Of a DNA stretch of 64,000 nt, positions 58,613 through 64,000 are shown in pieces. The DNA is taken from positions 35,211 to 99,210 of the forward strand of contig CAYPXO010000002.1 in NCBI GenBank assembly GCA_964414895.1, given 5' to 3'. This DNA is from an uncultured Pseudomonadales bacterium (GTDB taxonomy: Bacteria > Patescibacteriota > Microgenomatia > UBA1400 > CAYNMC01). Both the position numbers and the translations under genes were made by a program. The notes under the pieces were generated by a model. The model did no database searches and was not told the DNA's origin. It was given only the letters and a program-made list of their open reading frames with translations. The stretch's first letter is position 1. Each line of letters begins with the position of its first letter.

Positions 58613-58692
58613 TTCGAGCCCTGCCTGCCGGACGGGCAGGCAGGCAGGCGTGTCGAGAACATCGGAATTTGAACTTCCCGATTTCACTCGAA
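58613..58692. repeat. Family-B element with nested D-type palindrome (58620-58649)
   Basis: TTCGAGC[CCTGCCTGCCGGACGGGCAGGCAGGCAGGC]GTGTCGAGAA...TTCCCGATTTCACTCGAA. Confidence 0.82.
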
Positions 58693-58715
58693 GAGTAAAA
58701 TTCTATTAGTCTTGT

Positions 58716-60167
58716 CTATAGATAAAAATAACTATACATTGTCCAAAAGCCAACTGCATTAAGAGCTATGCTTCCGGCTATTAAAAACAAGCTCAAGATT
58801 TTCTCAAATTTTTCCGGCACCAAAGTTTTCAATCCCAAAAGCAAAAGAGCCATTTGGGCCGTAATTATAGGAATAAAGTAGCGGCCTTGCAAACCAAAAG
58901 CTTTGCCGGTATCAACAAAAACTTTAAAATCATTGAAAACAAGTCCCAAAAAATATATCAAAATTGTTGCCAGTAAAAAAACTGCCGATCGGAATTGAAA
59001 AGTTTTTCTTCTCTTAAAATATAAATAAAACCATCTTGCCAAGCCAATTATGCCTAATCCGCAAATTATCTTTAAAATCCGGTAAACTACCAAAGGCATT
59101 GTTACCTCCAGCCAGCCAAAAACTCCCCAATACCAAGGAAAAAGATTGTTTAAATAAAACTCTTTAGTGGAAGAAAAATAACTGCTTATTTGTTTAAAAA
59201 CTTGGCCATTTCTAATTTGAGAGAAGAAAAAAGAAAAAAGATCCAGATATTGACCAAAAGCCACCTGAAACCTTAACCGATTTAAAAAAGCAGGACATCG
59301 CCCTTGTTTTACTACCATTCTTTCTAAAATTCCAAAGAAAAAATAAGCAATTATCAAAATAGTAAAAAAGGTTACTAAAGTCACCAAAACCCCTCTCTTT
59401 GCTTTTTTTCTCCAAAGCAAGGGAAAAATAAAAAGGAAAATCAAAAATTGAGGTTTGACAAAAAGGCCAAAAATAATTGTCAAAAAAGCAAAAAAAAGCA
59501 GTTCTTTTTTTTCTTCTTTAATAACTTTTAAACCAAAATATATAAAAACTGTTGCTAAAAAAATCAGCAAAACATCGTTATTTATGCTGGCGGTCATAAA
59601 AGAAAAGCTTGGCTGAAAAGCAACCAAAGTGGCAAGAGAAATAGCCATTAATTTGCCCTTTTCACCAAACAACAAAATCCCAATCCTGTAAGCAAGAAAA
59701 ACAGTAAATAAGGAAATTAATAAAGAAAAAAACCTGACCGTAAAAAAGCGATACAAAAAATTAGCCAAATAAAAAAACCTATAAAAACAAGCAGCCAAAG
59801 AATAATAGAGAGGTGGGTTTTTATAACTTCTGCTGATTCCTGATGGAAGAGAAGTTTTGGGAATAAACTCTTTTCTGTCATTAAAAGGAATCTCTTCTAT
59901 TTTCTCCTGCCAGTTTTCTTGATATTCCTGCCAAACAGGATGGCTTTTCCCCCAATTGAAATTCAAAATTCGAGCCACTTTCAAAAGCTCGCTGGAAACA
60001 ATCTTAACATTTCTTGGATCGCTGCGGTTTCCTGTTTCTGCAACCCTCTGAACATAAGCAAAATGGTTGGCTTCATCAGGTGACTGAAAAATTGGAATGG
60101 CAAACAGCCATAAAAAGCTTTTAATAATAATCAAAGCAGCAATGAAATACACTAGATTATTTCTCAT
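58716..60167 (-). CDS. DUF2142-like GT-C membrane protein
   Basis: PIFQSPDEANHFAY, NPPLYY, INND, WGVFGWL, QGRY. Confidence 0.78.
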   Translation of the reverse strand: MRNNLVYFIAALIIIKSFLWLFAIPIFQSPDEANHFAYVQRVAETGNRSDPRNVKIVSSELLKVARILNFNWGKSHPVWQEYQENWQEKIEEIPFNDRKEFIPKTSLPSGISRSYKNPPLYYSLAACFYRFFYLANFLYRFFTVRFFSLLISLFTVFLAYRIGILLFGEKGKLMAISLATLVAFQPSFSFMTASINNDVLLIFLATVFIYFGLKVIKEEKKELLFFAFLTIIFGLFVKPQFLIFLFIFPLLWRKKAKRGVLVTLVTFFTILIIAYFFFGILERMVVKQGRCPAFLNRLRFQVAFGQYLDLFSFFFSQIRNGQVFKQISSYFSSTKEFYLNNLFPWYWGVFGWLEVTMPLVVYRILKIICGLGIIGLARWFYLYFKRRKTFQFRSAVFLLATILIYFLGLVFNDFKVFVDTGKAFGLQGRYFIPIITAQMALLLLGLKTLVPEKFEKILSLFLIAGSIALNAVGFWTMYSYFYL

Positions 60168-60181
60168 TTCCTTCTTTTCTC

Positions 60182-60290
60182 GTCATTCTGAGTCCCACAT
60201 TTTGCGGGACGAAGAATCCCCTTCGGAATTATTCAGACTTCTAGGGAGATCCTTCGCTCCGCTCAGGATGACATAGAATTTCAGAATGAC
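60182..60290. repeat. Family-A REPIN overlapping the 3' end of the upstream gene
   Basis: GTCATTCTGAG..CGAAGAATCCC ... GATCCTTCGCTCCGCTCAGGATGAC plus a second CAGAATGAC end. Confidence 0.85.
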
Positions 60291-61896
60291 ATGAAATTGC
60301 ACAAAATCTTACTAGCTTAAATATAAAAACCAATAAGGCCAATAAATAAACAGCCAATAGAACCACCAAGTAATATCCCTTAGCAAACCAGGGCTTATAT
60401 TGACTGGCTTGAATGATAAACTTTCTAAAATTTGACAGATCATAATAAGAGCCGATCACCCAAAAAAAGGCAAAAGAGTTTATAAAAATAAACCATAAAC
60501 AGAGCGAAAAGCGAAAAGCGAAAAGCGAAAAGCGAATTATTTTTTTATTTATTTTTAAAACTCTCCTTATTATTCTCACAATCAAAGCCCAAAAAGTTTC
60601 CAAACCTACAACTAATAAAATTATATGAGGAATAATTACTGGAAAATAATACCTGCCTTGAATTCCAAAAGAAAAACCATGAGCTCGAAAAAAACACCAA
60701 TCCCAAACAAAAAGAGCAAAGAAATAAACTAAAGCAGTGTAAAAAATAAAAAGTAAAAGCAAATTTTGTCTATTAAACCGCCTGTTTTTTGCTAATAAAA
60801 ACTTTATTAATAACCCGACAAGCCCAGCGGCCAAAAGACGCATCAAAACTCGGTTGATCCACCTTGGTAAAACTAAAGACAGCCAACGAAAGACTCCCCA
60901 ATACCAGGGAATCACTTCTTTTATTGTATGCCTCACCGTCCAGCCAAAGTGCTTCCAAATACTATAATTCTTGAGTGAAGGCAAAACATTATAATCAAAA
61001 TAAGGAAGTTCTCCGGAGAATATAGATTTAACCAAAGCGTATATCAAACCCTCCCTAAACTTCACAATTATCAATACAAAAATAAGTAAAAATAATAACT
61101 TCAAAAACAATCTACGCCTATAAAGAACTAAAAATATAACTGGCACTAAAATAATAGCAAGTCCTACAAGAAAATTATGCTTTGTAAAAGAACCAAAAAT
61201 GAAACAAGTTAGCAATAAAGATAAATTAACTAAATTAGGTTTTGCCATCAATAAAATTGAAAAACAAATCAAGCCACTGAAAAACAAATTTAAAATGTTG
61301 TCTATGGAAACTCCAGAACTTACAAAAGTAAACATCGGATGAAAAGAAACTAATAAAGGAACAGTAAGTTGATATTCTACTTTGCTGGGAAAAATTTCTT
61401 TAGCAATCAAAAAAGATAAATAAACCATCAAAACAATAGAGAAAAGCCAAAAAATTCTTATCACAAAAACCCGAACAAACAAATTCTCATAATAAAATAA
61501 TTTATAAACCAATCCGGAAATTTTATAAAAAAAAGAATTATAAGCTGCTGCTTCTTTCCCGACAAAGTCCTTCCGGGTCGAAAGAGGAACATTTTTAATT
61601 TCCTCTTCTCTTAATCCAAAGGAATCATCCGAATATCCAATATTGAACTCTGGATGATAAGTAAATTTATTATTACCCCCGCCGTCCCGTTTAGTTCCCA
61701 GGATTTTTTCAGAAAGCAAAATTTCCTCAGAAAGATTCAAGCCCTGCCCAATTGATTCACCTCCTTCGGCTAAATACTCTACATGGGCAAAATGAGCCTG
61801 TTCGTCAGGAAAATGCCAAAGAGGAATAAAAAAAGACCAAACTAAACCTTTTAAAAAAGTAATTGCAATAATTAAAAATAGTAATCGTTTCATCAT
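60241..61896 (-). CDS. DUF2142-like GT-C membrane protein
   Basis: PLWHFPDEQAHFAH, WYWGVFRWL, IQGRYYFP; paralog of 58716-60167. Confidence 0.78.
   Translation of the reverse strand: MMKRLLFLIIAITFLKGLVWSFFIPLWHFPDEQAHFAHVEYLAEGGESIGQGLNLSEEILLSEKILGTKRDGGGNNKFTYHPEFNIGYSDDSFGLREEEIKNVPLSTRKDFVGKEAAAYNSFFYKISGLVYKLFYYENLFVRVFVIRIFWLFSIVLMVYLSFLIAKEIFPSKVEYQLTVPLLVSFHPMFTFVSSGVSIDNILNLFFSGLICFSILLMAKPNLVNLSLLLTCFIFGSFTKHNFLVGLAIILVPVIFLVLYRRRLFLKLLFLLIFVLIIVKFREGLIYALVKSIFSGELPYFDYNVLPSLKNYSIWKHFGWTVRHTIKEVIPWYWGVFRWLSLVLPRWINRVLMRLLAAGLVGLLIKFLLAKNRRFNRQNLLLLFIFYTALVYFFALFVWDWCFFRAHGFSFGIQGRYYFPVIIPHIILLVVGLETFWALIVRIIRRVLKINKKIIRFSLFAFRFSLCLWFIFINSFAFFWVIGSYYDLSNFRKFIIQASQYKPWFAKGYYLVVLLAVYLLALLVFIFKLVRFCAISCHSEILCHPERSEGSP
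60503..60536. repeat. In-frame heptamer array (AGCGAAA)x4.9
   Basis: Encodes RFSLFAFRFS. Confidence 0.92.
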
Positions 61897-61983
61897 TAAT
61901 CTACCCTTGTTATGAAATTATACTTTAACTTCTTCTTAAAAGTATATTTACACAAGTTTTGCACTTTAACTGAACAAGACTCT

Positions 61984-62079
61984 GTCATCCTGGGAGATCA
62001 GGCACAGCCTGAAACTGATAGGATCTCTTGAGAGATCCTATCGTTCCTCCGCCAGCTGGCGAACTCACTCCAGAATGAC
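61984..62079. repeat. Family-A-like REPIN with nested hairpins
   Basis: GTCATCCTGG..[TCAGGCACAGCCTGA]..GATAGGATCTC/GAGATCCTATC..[TCCGCCAGCTGGCGA]..CCAGAATGAC. Confidence 0.8.
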
Positions 62080-62128
62080 ACGGAACTGCGAAACTCGTAA
62101 TTTATATTCAGTCTTGACAGATTGTGTA

Positions 62129-62276
62129 ATAAGTGTTCAGACTTTAGGAATAAAAATCAAGTTGTAGTGGTGCCATTTATAGCACCCTAAATTATTTAAG
62201 GTGTGATAAATCACACCACTACATTTTTTTATCATAGATAAATGAAAAAAACTCTTCCTATAGTCTGAACAGTTAC
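62129..62276. mobile_element. 148-bp MITE-like element (22-bp TIRs, 8-bp flanking direct repeat)
   Basis: TIRs 62129-62150 and 62255-62276 (19/22 match); ATTGTGTA at 62121-62128 and 62277-62284. Confidence 0.75.
62164..62222. repeat. GTAG-tagged REPIN inside the MITE
   Basis: GTAG-TGGTGCCATTTATAGCACC ... GGTGTGATAAATCACACCA-CTAC. Confidence 0.82.
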
Positions 62277-62356
62277 ATTGTGTAATCTTTCTGGAAAAGT
62301 AGAAAAAGCGGTGCTAAAATTAAACTGTCTAAGAATACTTAACAAGAAGCTTCTAA

Positions 62357-62606
62357 ATGAAAAAAAAATTAAAAGTCGTTATTTTGGCCGGTGGGCTTGG
62401 TACGAGACTTGAAAAAGAAACTGTTGTGACTCCCAAACCAATGGTGGTGATTGGGCAATATCCAATACTGTTCCATACAATAGAAGTCTATTCTCATTTT
62501 GAGTTCAATGTCTTTCAGTAAAAAAAGTCAAAAAATCTTGGAGTGGAAACTTAAATTTCTGTCAGTTGAAGGATTTAAGAAAACGGTAACTTGTTATAAA
62601 AATTAA
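62357..62606 (+). pseudogene. Relic: RfbF-like nucleotidyltransferase N-terminus joined to an NDP-sugar epimerase/dehydratase C-terminus
   Basis: 62357-62521 MKKKLKVVILAGGLGTRLEKETVVTPKPMVVIG..YSHF..*; then in another frame KSQKILEWKLKFLSVEGFKKTVTCYKN* ending 62606. Confidence 0.75.
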
Positions 62607-62616
62607 TTGAGAATCC

Positions 62617-63339
62617 ATGTTGCTAAATAATCATTGTATAAATATTAGAAGAAATGTTCTCCGTCTAAGTTATAAATATCATTGGGGACATATCGGTTCA
62701 GCTTTATCATGCGTAGATATTTTAATGGTTCTTTACTTTAAAGTGATGAAAAAAACCGATCGTTTTATTCTCTCAAAAGGCCACGCCGCTATGACCTTAT
62801 ATTCTATACTATTAGAAAAAGGGCAATTAACAAAGAAAGAAATCGCTAAATTAGGAGAACATCCTGATAAAAATGAAAAATTAGGTATTTGGTGTTCTAC
62901 CGGTAGTCTTGGACATGGTTTACCAATTGGTTTAGGGATGGCCTTGGCGGGGAGAAAAACTTTTGTTTTGTTATCTGATGGAGAATTTGATGAAGGTTCA
63001 AATTGGGAAGCAATAAAAATTGCCTCGGGTCATAAAATAGATATTACTGCTATTATTGACTTTAATGACTTGCAGGCTTATCGCAAACTACCTTATGGGG
63101 CTCAAATTTTAGCCAAGAGGCTTAAATCTTTTGGTTGGAAAGCACAAATCATTGATGGTCATAATTATTCTGCGATCATTAAAGCCTTAAAATTTAAACA
63201 TAAAAATACTCCTTATGCAATTATTGCTAAAACAATAAAGGGAAAAGGTATTGCTTTTTTAGAAAATCAACTGGAAAGTCATTATCTTAAACTCAATCAT
63301 AATTCTTTAAAAGAAGCGTTAAATTTTCTAACTTCTTAA
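62617..63339 (+). CDS. Transketolase-like, TPP-binding N-terminal subunit
   Basis: GHIGSALS, DRFILSKGH, STGSLGHG, SDGEFDEGSNWEA, IDGHN, TIKGKG. Confidence 0.92.
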   Translation: MLLNNHCINIRRNVLRLSYKYHWGHIGSALSCVDILMVLYFKVMKKTDRFILSKGHAAMTLYSILLEKGQLTKKEIAKLGEHPDKNEKLGIWCSTGSLGHGLPIGLGMALAGRKTFVLLSDGEFDEGSNWEAIKIASGHKIDITAIIDFNDLQAYRKLPYGAQILAKRLKSFGWKAQIIDGHNYSAIIKALKFKHKNTPYAIIAKTIKGKGIAFLENQLESHYLKLNHNSLKEALNFLTS

Positions 63340-63341
63340 GT

Positions 63342-63842
63342 ATGCGTCAGACATTTGCTAAATCTTTACATCAGGCAATGAAAAAAGATAACCGAATTTA
63401 TCTACTAGTTGGTGATCTAGGTTGGGGTATATTTGATCAAATAAAAAAGCAATTCTCAGATAAACTTAAAGATAAGAAAAGAGCTCGTTTTATAAACTGC
63501 GGTGTGGCAGAACAAGCAATGGTGGGAATGGCAGTAGGATTGGCTTCGGTTGGTAAAATACCTTTTGTCTATTCCATAAGCTCTTTTTTAATTTATCGCG
63601 CTTATGAGTTTATTAGAAATGACGTTGGTCGAGATCAAGCAAATGTTAAGCTGATAGGCAGTGGGAGAAACCGGGAATATGGCAATCAAGGATTTACTCA
63701 CTGGTGTACTGATGATAAGGAAATTATGGCAAAATGTAATATAAGGGTTTTTTATCCTGACAAAAAAGAAGAGATTCCTCTTATTCTAAAGTTAATGATA
63801 ACAAATAAAAAACCAGCCTATTTGAATCTGTCCCGTGGCTAA
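63342..63842 (+). CDS. Transketolase-like pyrimidine-binding subunit (short, no C-terminal domain)
   Basis: MRQTF, VGDLG, RFINCGVAEQAM, RAYEFIRND, GFTH, PAYL. Confidence 0.88.
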   Translation: MRQTFAKSLHQAMKKDNRIYLLVGDLGWGIFDQIKKQFSDKLKDKKRARFINCGVAEQAMVGMAVGLASVGKIPFVYSISSFLIYRAYEFIRNDVGRDQANVKLIGSGRNREYGNQGFTHWCTDDKEIMAKCNIRVFYPDKKEEIPLILKLMITNKKPAYLNLSRG

Positions 63843-63859
63843 ATAATTTTAAAGAAGAC

Positions 63860-63890
63860 ACTAATCTTTTTCTACATCAAAAAGATTAGT
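63860..63890 (+). terminator. Probable intrinsic terminator
   Basis: ACTAATCTTTTT..AAAAAGATTAGT hairpin followed by TTATT. Confidence 0.5.
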
Positions 63891-63956
63891 TTATTGTTAT
63901 TAACCAAAATTGCAAGTCAAAATTTGTACAGAAGAAGGAGAAAGGCCTTTTCAAAT

Positions 63957-64000
63957 ATGAAATCTAAAAATATTATCAGGGTTAATTGTTCCCAATGTGG
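63957..64000 (+). CDS. Start of a CDS running off the window (MKSKNIIRVNCSQC...)
   Basis: ATG 63957 with AAGGAG upstream; CxxC near the N-terminus. Confidence 0.45.
   Translation, partial: MKSKNIIRVNCSQC

Overview
AT-rich bacterial chromosomal window with almost all genes on the minus strand. Gene content (type-2 IleRS, alpha2-type GlyRS, DUF4012, compact dcw cluster, many GT-C enzymes) suggests a Patescibacteria/CPR (Microgenomates-like) genome; this is inference. Layout: 5' part of ileS; a REP-associated tyrosine transposase (RAYT) with its own inverted repeats and sigma70 promoter; a dcw cluster (mraZ-rsmH-ftsL-ftsI-murE-glmU-like-pgeF-murC-murB-murA-hydrolase-murF-aminotransferase-femAB-dgkA-mraY-ftsW-murG-ftsQ-ftsA-ftsZ); Glu/Leu/Phe/Val dehydrogenase, glyQS and recO; a ~33 kb surface-glycan locus; and a decayed rfbF/epimerase relic followed by split transketolase-like genes. 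The most unusual signal is a layer of small repeats over these ordinary genes. (1) Several families of palindromic REP/REPIN-like elements nest inside one another and insert in-frame into proteins. (2) About 18 heptanucleotide arrays of many unrelated unit sequences, mostly in-frame, occupy the same loop positions in paralogous glycosyltransferases. (3) Three genes just downstream of one REP family lack any ATG/GTG/TTG at their conserved N-terminus and have an in-frame ATT there. No tRNA, rRNA or CRISPR array was seen. All calls are by eye from motifs; no database search was run.
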